The position numbers and the translations under genes were made by a program. From a virus (lineage: Duplodnaviria > Caudoviricetes): DNA of 40,040 nt. Under the pieces are notes generated by a model. That model saw only the letters and a list, made by a program, of their open reading frames with translations. It searched no databases and had not been told where the DNA came from. Shown one piece after another: positions 16,972-25,489 of this stretch (position 1 is the stretch's first letter; each line of letters begins with the position of its first letter). Location of the stretch: the IMG/VR virus record IMGVR_UViG_3300003887_000051, positions 1-40,040 of that record; one strand, written 5' to 3'.

Positions 16972-17403
16972 CTACAGCCCCCTGGTTGTGTCGCGGGTGA
17001 AAAGCCGGGGGTTGCTGGTGACTTCCAGAGTGACGGAGCTTTGGGGTGCGGCGGCCGGCGCCGGAAGCTCGCCCAGGGCCACAATCCCCTTGGCGATATT
17101 TTCCAGCAGCTTGATGGCGGACTTGTAGCGGGTCTCCCGAATCTCGGGCACGGTTTCCGCACAGCGAGAGTAGAGGTTATAGATGGCGATATCGGTGGTG
17201 ATTTTACGGACTATGGGCGGCACGACGGCAAATGGCACCTGGTAGCGAGTGGCGCAGTAGCTGTCCACTTCGGCTTCGGCGTCGGCAATGGCGGTATCGA
17301 CCTTGACAGGGTCGATCACGCCAACGGCGGCATCGTCGGTCAGATTGATGATCGTCTGTTCCGGCACGGTGTTGGTAATGTTTTCAAGGGTGCAATAGGC
17401 CAT
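16972..17403 (-). CDS. Mu gp36-like head-tail adaptor (DUF1320)
   Basis: 'MAYCT...AIADAEAEVDSYCATRYQVP...DIAIYNL...RYKSAIKLLENIAKG'. Confidence 0.93.
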   Translation of the reverse strand: MAYCTLENITNTVPEQTIINLTDDAAVGVIDPVKVDTAIADAEAEVDSYCATRYQVPFAVVPPIVRKITTDIAIYNLYSRCAETVPEIRETRYKSAIKLLENIAKGIVALGELPAPAAAPQSSVTLEVTSNPRLFTRDTTRGL

Positions 17404-17419
17404 GACTGCCTCTGTTGAT

Positions 17420-17443
17420 GGGGCGGGGGGTGACCCCCGCCCC
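17420..17443. promoter_or_regulatory. GC-rich intergenic hairpin between head and neck genes
   Basis: ggggcggggg-gtga-cccccgcccc, 10-bp stem with no U tract. Confidence 0.5.
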
Positions 17444-17452
17444 TACTGTCGG

Positions 17453-17788
17453 TTATTCAGCCGTAGATTCCAGGACTGCCTTGCGGGCACAGCCGGCATC
17501 AATGACGGTCTTGCGAGTGTCGTCGCCGATGATGGCGCCGATTTCTTCGACCGTCTTGGCCTCGGCGATCCGGGCGATCAGTTCGACAGCGGTGGGCGGT
17601 TTCACTTTGCCCAGGTTGGCGTTCCCCTCGCCTTCAACTTCAACGATCTCCACCATGAGCATGGGCTCGGTCTGCAGCAGCTCTACCTGGTCAGGGGTAA
17701 AGGTGCCGTCCGGATGATCGACGGTGGTGGCCGGGTGGGCCACCCCGCAGCGTCTGAATCCGTCCTGCTTTGAGCGTATGCGGATCAT
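17453..17788 (-). CDS. Mu gp35/HI1506-like protein
   Basis: 'IRIRSKQDGFRRCGVAHP...FTPDQVELLQTEPMLMV'. Confidence 0.85.
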   Translation of the reverse strand: MIRIRSKQDGFRRCGVAHPATTVDHPDGTFTPDQVELLQTEPMLMVEIVEVEGEGNANLGKVKPPTAVELIARIAEAKTVEEIGAIIGDDTRKTVIDAGCARKAVLESTAE

Positions 17789-17802
17789 TGGTCACATACC
17801 TC

Positions 17803-18696
17803 CTACGGCAGCCACGGACATTCAAGCAGATCGACCCGCTTGTAGTTCGTGTTGCTTTCGCCACCGTTGATCAACTGGGCCTCGACGATCTTGCGGGCCG
17901 CGCTGCCGTTGGTGGCGCCGACTACCAGCAAGGTGGGCCGCACACCCAGGGGCTGGCCATTCTCTTTCTTGAACCCGCGCATGGCGTCATAGCAGGCCTC
18001 GAAGTTGGCGGCGGTTAGGGCTGCCTTGGAGCCGTAGGCCATCTGCCAGAAGGTGTAGCCGACGTTGTCGCGGCAATCGATGCCGTAGAGGTACTCCTTG
18101 CGCATGAAAACGTTCAGGTCGTTCTCTTTGTCGAGGGCGGCGAAGACCGGCTTCTTCCGCTGCTGGAAGAGCACCGGCTTGATTGGCCGGCTGGCGTCGA
18201 GCAGGAACCAGGCCGCCGAGGCACCGGCCTGGTAGTTGCTGACGCTGGCGGTGCTGCCGTCGGGCTGGAGCACCGGATGGTCAACGTCAAAGAAGTACTG
18301 ACCGTCGTAGCAGAGAGAGGTGAACCCGGCCAGCAACAGGGCGAAGACCAGTTCGTCCGGATGCTTGGCGGCGCTGTCCCCCATCATCTGGAACAGTGGG
18401 TTGTAGATGCCGAATTGGTCGTCCTCGATCTTGTCCCGGTCGACGCCCTGGGTCAGTTCGAAGGATTTGTTCTTGACCGAGTAGTTGTACTGCTTGATGG
18501 CGTTGATGACCCGGTCGCCAATCCACTCGCGCATAGCCTTGATGTCGCCAAGCCAGCCGTAATCCTCTTGCGAAGTGCTGGAGGGTACCAGGGTGGCGAC
18601 CTTGTCCCAAAGGGGGGGCACGCCGGCAAAGCCCTGCTGGTAGGCGGCGTTAAAGGCCCGGAAAAGTAAACCCAAATTGCTGCTGGTCAAATCCAT
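17803..18696 (-). CDS. Major capsid protein, Mu gpT-like
   Basis: 'YGWLGDIKAMREWIGDR', 'NKSFELT', 'CYDGQYFFDVDHPV', 'WFLLDASRPIKP'. Confidence 0.96.
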   Translation of the reverse strand: MDLTSSNLGLLFRAFNAAYQQGFAGVPPLWDKVATLVPSSTSQEDYGWLGDIKAMREWIGDRVINAIKQYNYSVKNKSFELTQGVDRDKIEDDQFGIYNPLFQMMGDSAAKHPDELVFALLLAGFTSLCYDGQYFFDVDHPVLQPDGSTASVSNYQAGASAAWFLLDASRPIKPVLFQQRKKPVFAALDKENDLNVFMRKEYLYGIDCRDNVGYTFWQMAYGSKAALTAANFEACYDAMRGFKKENGQPLGVRPTLLVVGATNGSAARKIVEAQLINGGESNTNYKRVDLLECPWLP

Positions 18697-18706
18697 GATG
18701 AGCTCC

Positions 18707-19117
18707 TTATCTCAGGTCGACCCAGACGCCCTGGGCGTCCACGTCGTGAATTTTGCCGGCCACCGAGCGGGTGCTGGTGCCGTTGGTTTTGGCCACGGTC
18801 TGATCATCAACGATGTAGCAGTTGTTGCCGATGTCGGCGGTAGCGATCAGGTCACCGGCCGTGGAGTTGGCGAAGCGGAAGATCCCCTTTTCGATCGGGA
18901 CCGACACGGCGCCGGCGCTGCCGGCCGTATTGTCGACCGTTTCCCGGCAGCGGCCGACGCCGAGGATGGTGGTGGAGACGGCGCCGGGGGTGGCATTGCC
19001 GGAGGAGTCGCGGGCAACCAGGGAACCGGCGTAAAACTTCTTGGCGGCGGCGGCCGGCAGGGTGACGACATCGCCGGAACGCCGCCCCGTGTTTCGTTCT
19101 TCAGTGAGTGCTGCCAT
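18707..19117 (-). CDS. Capsid decoration/cement-like protein
   Basis: Between protease and gpT; 'DIGNNCYIVDDQTVAKT...RSVAGKI...GVWV'. Confidence 0.75.
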   Translation of the reverse strand: MAALTEERNTGRRSGDVVTLPAAAAKKFYAGSLVARDSSGNATPGAVSTTILGVGRCRETVDNTAGSAGAVSVPIEKGIFRFANSTAGDLIATADIGNNCYIVDDQTVAKTNGTSTRSVAGKIHDVDAQGVWVDLR

Positions 19118-19129
19118 GATGTGACCTCC

Positions 19130-19624
19130 TTACAGGTTGTTGGCTTTGCGGTATTGCTCTTCGGTGAGTCCCATCGCGTCGAGCACTTTCCGCTCGTCGG
19201 CGTTCAATGCGGTACCCTGTTCGGGTTTTTTGCCGGCAAGGCCGGAGTCAGCGGCGACCACCGGGGCGGCGGCGACGAAGGCCTTGAACCGCTCCAGGCC
19301 ACCCTGCTCCTTACAGGCGGCGACGTGGTACTCCTTGGTAGCCGGGGTGATCTTGCCGGCCTTGAGGGCGGCGTCAATCTCGGCGTTGATGGCGGTTTGC
19401 TGGGCCTCGTTGGCCTGTTCCTTCAATTTGCCTTCGGCGGTGGTGGCCCGGTTGAGGGCGGTGTCGTAGTCGGCCCGGGGAACAAACTTGTCCAGGGGCG
19501 GGGACTGGGCCGCGTTGAGGGCAGTGGTCAGATCGCCTTTCATTTTGGTGATCTGGTTGAGGGCGTCATCGAAGGTGGCGGTCGATGCCATTCCCAGGGC
19601 GGCCAGTAGTGCGACGAGGTTCAT
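19130..19624 (-). CDS. Nested in-frame scaffold protein, Mu gpZ-like
   Basis: AAAGGAG-AAACC-ATG inside gpI, in frame; Ala-rich helical product. Confidence 0.75.
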   Translation of the reverse strand: MNLVALLAALGMASTATFDDALNQITKMKGDLTTALNAAQSPPLDKFVPRADYDTALNRATTAEGKLKEQANEAQQTAINAEIDAALKAGKITPATKEYHVAACKEQGGLERFKAFVAAAPVVAADSGLAGKKPEQGTALNADERKVLDAMGLTEEQYRKANNL

Positions 19625-20161
19625 GGTTTCTCCTTTCTGCTGCTCGTGATTGAGGGCTGGAACATCCAGGTTGGGGGTGTTGGTGAGGCCGACACTTTTA
19701 ATGCCGACAATGGTCTGGGTTTTGGTGTCGATGATGTAAGCCGGGGAGTAGTAGCGATACTGGCGACTCATGACCAGGGCGGTGCCGGCTTCGTTCCAGG
19801 CGGTTTTCCCCCAGACGGAGCCGTCGGGCCGCACTTCGAGGGCGCTACACCAGGCCATGGCCGGGGCCGCATCGCCCTTGGGGGCCTTGTGCTGGGTGGC
19901 GTGCTCGATGTCGATCGGGATATCGAGCTTGTTCTCCTGGTAGTAACGGGCAATAGCCGCCGGGTCCGGGTTGTTCCATGCCCGGCCGTCCCGGCCGGCA
20001 ACCACTGCCCCGGCGGGTACCAGCAGCAGCATTTCCGGTGGGGCTTCGCCGGCGACCTCAAGATCGAAGTTGCAGGCGACGATCGCCTGTTCTCCGGCCA
20101 GGGCGTTCAGGGCAACAACCAATTCCGTGGTGGCCGAATCTTCGACTATCATTATCCGCAT
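19130..20161 (-). CDS. Head maturation protease, Mu gpI-like
   Basis: 'GRDGR', 'IDIEHAT', 'APAMAW', 'YRYYSP', 'VGLTNTPNL'; GAGGAG RBS before ATG 20161. Confidence 0.93.
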   Translation of the reverse strand: MRIMIVEDSATTELVVALNALAGEQAIVACNFDLEVAGEAPPEMLLLVPAGAVVAGRDGRAWNNPDPAAIARYYQENKLDIPIDIEHATQHKAPKGDAAPAMAWCSALEVRPDGSVWGKTAWNEAGTALVMSRQYRYYSPAYIIDTKTQTIVGIKSVGLTNTPNLDVPALNHEQQKGETMNLVALLAALGMASTATFDDALNQITKMKGDLTTALNAAQSPPLDKFVPRADYDTALNRATTAEGKLKEQANEAQQTAINAEIDAALKAGKITPATKEYHVAACKEQGGLERFKAFVAAAPVVAADSGLAGKKPEQGTALNADERKVLDAMGLTEEQYRKANNL

Positions 20162-20192
20162 TTTCCCAGTCTCCTCTCTACGATGCTGCAGC

Positions 20193-20238
20193 ATCGTACT
20201 CCTCCCTGCGGGGCGATTCCTTTAGACCGGCTAAAAAA
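20193..20238 (-). promoter_or_regulatory. Putative Mor/C-activated late promoter (PI-like)
   Basis: 15-bp box agaccggctaaaaaa (20224-20238) also at 28573-28587; -10 TACGAT at identical offset. Confidence 0.7.
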
Positions 20239-20372
20239 TGCAGCCGTGACCTGAATTGGAACCGCATTAAAACCGTCTTTAAATTTTGTTGTGCCGGACT
20301 TTCGCCCTTGACCCGGCGTCAGTATCGGGGCGCGGTGTGGAAACCGGCTCAGATCGGCGCTCGTTGCGTCGG

Positions 20373-20927
20373 TCATGATTCGAGATACTGCTTCATCCGC
20401 CGCACCAGCTTCTGGGTACCGGCAACGGTCAGCTGCATATAGGGCCGGGCCGGCATGGTGATGGTATGGGCGCCCACCGTGGCATGCATGCTGTAGCCGG
20501 CCTTGCGCTTCGTGGCAAAGCGGTCGTTGGGGCGGGACTGCCCAGGCTGCAGCGGCCCGCGAAACCCTTCGCTGAACCGCAGGGTGGTTTGCCGCTCCTT
20601 GCGCTTGATCGGTCCGCCGAAGTGGTGGATGGCGGCATAACGGACATTGGTGCCAACCCGGGCATAGGTGGCGCCGCTGGTGGGCTGGATGGAGTTGTAG
20701 AGCCGACGGGTATCCTGGAGAGTCATGCCGCCGGTTTTGCGGGCACGCTTGGAGCGCTTCCACGGGTTGGGGAGCCCTTCGTGGGCGAAGTTCTCCCGAA
20801 CTTCGTCCAGCATGTCGGCGGCCAGGTCGGCCATGACCGGCCGCAGATCTCCGACCTTGCGGCGCAGGGCGGCCAGGTAGTCGGTCACCTGGCGGTCGTC
20901 GATCCTGATATCTATGCGGTCGGCCAT
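20373..20927 (-). CDS. Virion morphogenesis protein, Mu gpG/gp31-like
   Basis: 'LQDTRRLYNSI', 'VGTNVRYAAIHHFGG', 'MPARPYM'. Confidence 0.93.
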   Translation of the reverse strand: MADRIDIRIDDRQVTDYLAALRRKVGDLRPVMADLAADMLDEVRENFAHEGLPNPWKRSKRARKTGGMTLQDTRRLYNSIQPTSGATYARVGTNVRYAAIHHFGGPIKRKERQTTLRFSEGFRGPLQPGQSRPNDRFATKRKAGYSMHATVGAHTITMPARPYMQLTVAGTQKLVRRMKQYLES

Positions 20928-20955
20928 TGTATTCCCCTTAGCTGGGTGCTATAGT
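20927..20955 (+). promoter_or_regulatory. Sigma70-type promoter antisense to late operon
   Basis: TTGTAT(20927-32), 17-bp spacer, TATAGT(20950-55) with extended -10 TG(20947-48). Confidence 0.7.
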
Positions 20956-20961
20956 TACTAC

Positions 20962-21067
20962 AGGATTCGTGATTCGGTTGATCGGCAACAGGCTGCCGAC
21001 GCCTTCGGGGCAACCCGATGATGAGCGCTAGTGGGAGGGCCGCCCCACAACCGAATCAACGGATCCT
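20962..21067 (+). ncRNA. Candidate multibranched small RNA (possible antitoxin of MuF nuclease domain)
   Basis: 19-bp closing stem 20962-80/21048-67 with one bulge and a + strand G-U; inner arms tcggca/tgccga, cggg-GCAA-cccg, tggg/ccca; begins at predicted TSS. Confidence 0.65.
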
Positions 21068-22264
21068 TTCGTATTTATCAACCACCTGTCGCTTCGCTCG
21101 ATCGGTCGTGGTTTCAAAAAGGGTTAAGAAGTAGTTGTCCTTCCTGTTCGCCGTCCTCTTCAACACCGCACGATACAACTTCTCATCCACCTTTAAGTAA
21201 ATCAGCCGGGCAGTGTTCTGCTGATACACCTCGCCACTGTCCAGGATGTCGGGAACTTTCCGGTAATCGGCCAAACGTACTTCCGGATGCTTGTCCAGAT
21301 GCTCCAACAGGCTTTCCTGTGACAGCCAGACCGTCTGGGTTTCGCTGCCCAATATCGCCTTATCTTCCGGCCGCAGCACGGCGATCGGGAAGTCCCCGGC
21401 GGACTTGCCGGCAAAGAAGCGGGTAAAATCCGGGCCGGCCAGGGAATCCTTGATGTACTGCCGGGCGATGCGATGATCCACCCGCTCCAGGTCAGGCTGC
21501 CATCCGGCCTTGCCCGGGTTGTAGCTCCATCCCGCATCTGGGGCCATGGCCAGGGGGCGGCCGGTCAGGTCGGTGGTCTTGATTGAAGTGCTCTTGACCA
21601 ACGGGCTGTCCTTGCCACGGTAGATCGGCAACTCGACCGATGCCAGGGTTGCGTCGGCATTGGCGCCCACCGTGGAGCGCTTGGCCGCTGGAGCCACATC
21701 TTCCTTGAAGCTCACCGAGCAGCGGCAACGGAAACCGTTAGGCGGGTAGTGGCTGTCCCAGAACGGATCATCGAAGCGAAAGGCGAGACCGCTGAGGGCT
21801 GCGTGGGCGGGACGGGTCCGTTTGTCATTGATGGCGGAGTACTGCCACCAGGGGCGACTGGCGGTCACTTCCATGGCATGCTGGTAGTGCCCTGCCTGGT
21901 AGGCGGTCTGGACGTTGGTGTCGAAGATGGTGCGCAGCCGGTGCGGACCAACCACGGCCAGCTCACCGGTCTGTTCGTTGACGATCTCGCCCCACCAGCC
22001 CCGGGCCTTCAGCTTCGGCGTCAGGCTCTGCTTGAACTCGGCGAAGGTGATCCCCTCGGTCAGGCCCCGCTGCACTTCGGCATGAATGTCTTGGAGGATG
22101 TCGGCCTTCATGGCCTTGGCCACGGTGAAGGCCCGGGCGTGGGCCTCCTGCCAGAGTTCGTACCAGTCCCAGGTGTCCTGGAGATCCTTGGCCTTGTCGG
22201 CAAAGTACCGGATGGCCACCTCCGGCTTGAGGCCGAAGGCATAGGTGAGGTCGAGATCAGCCAC
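21056..22264 (-). CDS. MuF (gp30) minor head protein with C-terminal PBECR2-like nuclease domain
   Basis: 'AHARAFTVAK', 'RLRTIFDTN', 'RTRPAH', 'PPNGFRCRC', 'PDAGWSYNPG'; extension 'FPIAVL...EHLDKHPEV...DYRKVPDILDSG...YFLTLF'. Confidence 0.88.
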   Translation of the reverse strand: MADLDLTYAFGLKPEVAIRYFADKAKDLQDTWDWYELWQEAHARAFTVAKAMKADILQDIHAEVQRGLTEGITFAEFKQSLTPKLKARGWWGEIVNEQTGELAVVGPHRLRTIFDTNVQTAYQAGHYQHAMEVTASRPWWQYSAINDKRTRPAHAALSGLAFRFDDPFWDSHYPPNGFRCRCSVSFKEDVAPAAKRSTVGANADATLASVELPIYRGKDSPLVKSTSIKTTDLTGRPLAMAPDAGWSYNPGKAGWQPDLERVDHRIARQYIKDSLAGPDFTRFFAGKSAGDFPIAVLRPEDKAILGSETQTVWLSQESLLEHLDKHPEVRLADYRKVPDILDSGEVYQQNTARLIYLKVDEKLYRAVLKRTANRKDNYFLTLFETTTDRAKRQVVDKYERIR

Positions 22265-23840
22265 GGGCGGCCGTGATCCTTCCCGCCGCTTCGGCGCAGA
22301 AGATCAGCCGGGCCAGGATATCCTGGAGCTGGTCGGTGTTCATTGCCGGGTAGGCGGTGGCCAGGGTCTCCAGGGCGCCGGCGTAATCGCCAGACTCTTG
22401 CATGCTGGTTAAAAGCGGCATTAACACCGTCTTCATGGCCTGGTGCAGATCATCGGGGGTAAAGCTGCCCAGCAGGGTATCAATGGCGGTCTGGCCGGCG
22501 TCGGTGCCGGTCTCGCTGTTGATGGCCGTGGACCGGTTGGTGGCGTCCTTTCGAGAAGCTGGCAGCGGTGTCGGCTCGGTTGGCGCAGATGAACCAAGCA
22601 GATCCTCGGGCTTGGCATTGGCTCCCGGATCCGGGAGACCCAGTTTGTCACGGATGACGCTCTTTTCGACGGTGAGCCCCAGGGGTACCAGCTCTTTCAG
22701 GGCATTGGTCAGGGCAATGATATCCTCGGCTTTGGGGGCGCGGAGCTGAATGGTCGGATAGTTTTGCTGGGGGCCGAAGTTCAGGACGATCCAGGGGATG
22801 ATCAGGTCCCGCTGCAGGGTTTCTTCCATCTGCTCGGCGTCATCGTCGCGAATATCTTCGCGCACTTCCTTCTGGGCTTCCTCATTGCCGAGCTTGCCAG
22901 GGGTGCCGGTTGTGGTGGCGGTCTGGCCAAGAATGCCCCGGGAGACCTGGGCGTCGAGCCAGTCGGCAAGTTTGAGGAAGAATTCGTTGGCGCCTTGCGA
23001 TTTGGCCGCTTCCTGAAACTCAATGATCATGGATTCGGGAATGACCGCCGCCGCATCGCTGCCGATGTTGGCCACGGCACTCTTCAGGATGGCGATTTCG
23101 GTGTCGCTGGCCGATTTGCCGTACTTGCCCACCCGCAGCGGCATTCCGAAGACTTCGGCGAAGGCGAGCCAGTCCTTGACGGTGTAGCCTTTGCACATCC
23201 ACGACCAGGCGGCAATGCGGGCCAGACCGCCCCGGATCGGCAAGCCGCTTTTGATCAGGGGGACGTGACGAATGAATTTGTAGGGAGCCAGCTCGATGCC
23301 GTCCACCATGTTTGCTTCGTCGCGCAGGCGGATCTCACGGCTGGTAACGCGGTCGAACTGGAAGAAGCGGGGGTCGCGCCATTCATAGCAGGACGGTTGC
23401 CAGCGGGATCCGGAGCGGTCCCAGATGATTTCGCAGACGCTGTAGCCTTTGCCGAGGGCGTCGAGCAGGTTCTTGATCAGCCCTCGAATGCCGGGTCGGC
23501 GCAGCAGCTCGCGCACCGCATCGGCCAGTTCGACATCCCGGGATGAATCGCTGGCGGCTTCGACGGTGAGGGGCAGGCGGGAGACGGCCAGCTTACGCTT
23601 GCTCATTTCGCAGGCGTAGTGCAGATCGCGCTCCTCCATCTCTTCCGCCAGGGAGAGGAAGGCCAGGTGGTCACCGTCGGCGGCGGCCCGCAGCAGCCCG
23701 GCCAGGCGGGCCGGCGTGAGGCCGGCGGCGACCTGCTCATTCCAGATGGTCCTGATTCCGGCCAACGTCGGGGCGGCGATTTCCCGGGTCAGCTCTTTCG
23801 TTTGGACCGGGCGGTTATAGGCGTCGTAAATGACTGTCAT
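22257..23840 (-). CDS. Portal protein, Mu gp29 (DUF935)
   Basis: 'EEMEERDLHY', 'LDALGKGYSVCEIIW', 'FAEVFGMPLRVGKY', 'ILGQT'. Confidence 0.96.
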   Translation of the reverse strand: MTVIYDAYNRPVQTKELTREIAAPTLAGIRTIWNEQVAAGLTPARLAGLLRAAADGDHLAFLSLAEEMEERDLHYACEMSKRKLAVSRLPLTVEAASDSSRDVELADAVRELLRRPGIRGLIKNLLDALGKGYSVCEIIWDRSGSRWQPSCYEWRDPRFFQFDRVTSREIRLRDEANMVDGIELAPYKFIRHVPLIKSGLPIRGGLARIAAWSWMCKGYTVKDWLAFAEVFGMPLRVGKYGKSASDTEIAILKSAVANIGSDAAAVIPESMIIEFQEAAKSQGANEFFLKLADWLDAQVSRGILGQTATTTGTPGKLGNEEAQKEVREDIRDDDAEQMEETLQRDLIIPWIVLNFGPQQNYPTIQLRAPKAEDIIALTNALKELVPLGLTVEKSVIRDKLGLPDPGANAKPEDLLGSSAPTEPTPLPASRKDATNRSTAINSETGTDAGQTAIDTLLGSFTPDDLHQAMKTVLMPLLTSMQESGDYAGALETLATAYPAMNTDQLQDILARLIFCAEAAGRITAARG

Positions 23841-25489
23841 TACCAGAGTCCTTTCTGGCGGCCGAAGCCGACAGTGGTGCGGATGTCGCGGGGGATGTCG
23901 GCCAGGGCGTCACGACGGACCGGATGGTAGGCATAGACCATGATGCCTTCCTGCCGCGTGGCAAAGTGGCCGAGGGCAAGCATGATGGCGCCGTCGCCGT
24001 GGCGCTTGAACTCGGCGTCCTTGGTGTCCTGGACGCGAAGTTTGGGCAGTTTGATGATGCCGTCAATCAGCTCCAGGGCCCGGACGTCGTTGAGGATGTC
24101 GGCGTCCCGGGGGATGTCCATCATGTCGTCTTCGAAGGCCTGCTGGAACGGCACCATGTTCTCCCGGTACCAGGAGTCGTTGAGCATGACCTGGTGAATC
24201 AGGCTGAGACCGAATTCCTCGGCGGTGTACTCGGCGATGGTGGCGCCGTTGCCGGTGGCATCCATGGCGCCGCCGCTAAACCGGGGGAGCCGGCGGATGA
24301 TGTACCAGAGGATCTGTGTCTGGTGGCGAGTCGGGACGTTCATCATCTCGAGGATGAAAGGAACCCTGCGGCGCAGGTCCTGCTCGATGGTCATGGGGCC
24401 GAAGACGGCGAAGTCGCCATGGCGGGCATAATCGCTGCCGAAGAAGTGCTGGCGGGTCGGGTCGAGCAGTTCGAGGAGCGGGTCTATGTTGACCTTGATC
24501 CAGGCATCGATCCAGGAGTCGCGGTAGGGGAGCGGCTTGAGAACAAAGTCGGCGGGCAGCGCCAGGCGGATGACCGGGCGCACCTCGCGCATGCTCTGTT
24601 CGATGAGGATGCCGGGGATGGCGACGCCGGAGCCTTCGCGAGGAATGGCGTCCAGTTCTTCCTTCATGGCGGCGGTGTTGGTGCCGTAGCCTTTGCGGAT
24701 CTTGTCGTACCAGGCCTGCTTGCCCTCCGGAGTCGGTGCCCAGCCCTTGATGAAACAGACCCGCTCATAGAGGCCGTTGTTGACCGCGTCGTCGAAGGTG
24801 CAGTGAAAGACTTTGAAGGCGTTGAGCCCTGCCCGGGCATCGCGAATCAGCTGGTTGAAGGGGTTCTTCATGCCGTTGTGAGTGGAGATGATGCGGATCT
24901 TGCCGCCCCAGATGAGGAGCGCGGTGCAGGCGTCGATGACGGCCTGGACGTTTTTGTGGAAGGCGGCCTCGTCAATATTGACAATGCCCTGAAGCCCGCG
25001 GATGTTGGCCGGGTTGCTGGAGAGGGCGACGATCTGGAAGCCGGAGGCGAAGCGGATCCGGTAGCTGGTGATATGCTTGCTGGTGCCGTCCTCCTGCTGG
25101 TCTTCGAAGAGAAAGACCTCAATGCCGTCCCAGCCCTCGGCCATGGCCATGGCCATGATCTTGGCCATCTTGGCGGCATAGCCGATGAATTCCAGCCCCT
25201 TTTCCTTGGTGTCGCCGATGTAATAGCAGTTGTCGCCGCCGGCCTTCTTGTTGCTGGCGGCGGTGATGGCGTCATCCAGGGCGGTGGCGTAGGTGATGCC
25301 GGTACGTCGTCCCTTCTCGGCGATGTTCAGGTCTTCGGCGTGGATCTGCTTGATCCACTCACGCTGGTGCTGCATCAGCACGCCATCGGCCAGGGGGTCG
25401 AAACCTTCGGTGGGAATCTCCCGCACGGCCGGCGGTAGCTCGGCCGAATCCAGGCCGATGACCCGTATGACGTCGCCGGGCTGGCTCAC
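23840..25489 (-). CDS. Terminase large subunit, Mu gp28-like
   Basis: 'EKGRRTGIT', 'NIDEAAFH', 'IISTHNG', 'MDATGNG', 'HGDGA'. Confidence 0.95.
   Translation of the reverse strand: MSQPGDVIRVIGLDSAELPPAVREIPTEGFDPLADGVLMQHQREWIKQIHAEDLNIAEKGRRTGITYATALDDAITAASNKKAGGDNCYYIGDTKEKGLEFIGYAAKMAKIMAMAMAEGWDGIEVFLFEDQQEDGTSKHITSYRIRFASGFQIVALSSNPANIRGLQGIVNIDEAAFHKNVQAVIDACTALLIWGGKIRIISTHNGMKNPFNQLIRDARAGLNAFKVFHCTFDDAVNNGLYERVCFIKGWAPTPEGKQAWYDKIRKGYGTNTAAMKEELDAIPREGSGVAIPGILIEQSMREVRPVIRLALPADFVLKPLPYRDSWIDAWIKVNIDPLLELLDPTRQHFFGSDYARHGDFAVFGPMTIEQDLRRRVPFILEMMNVPTRHQTQILWYIIRRLPRFSGGAMDATGNGATIAEYTAEEFGLSLIHQVMLNDSWYRENMVPFQQAFEDDMMDIPRDADILNDVRALELIDGIIKLPKLRVQDTKDAEFKRHGDGAIMLALGHFATRQEGIMVYAYHPVRRDALADIPRDIRTTVGFGRQKGLW

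Noticed and set aside
20962-21067. Cloverleaf-like element as a real tRNA or a hammerhead ribozyme
   Set aside because: No TTCRA T-loop, 7-nt anticodon loop or CCA end; 'gatgatgag' is not the CUGAUGA core and there is no GAAA partner.
23924-25438. 504-aa + strand ORF and other long + strand ORFs (e.g. 27800-29122, 11042-12091, 18677-19609)
   Set aside because: Antisense shadows of well-supported - strand genes in GC-rich DNA; no recognisable motifs.
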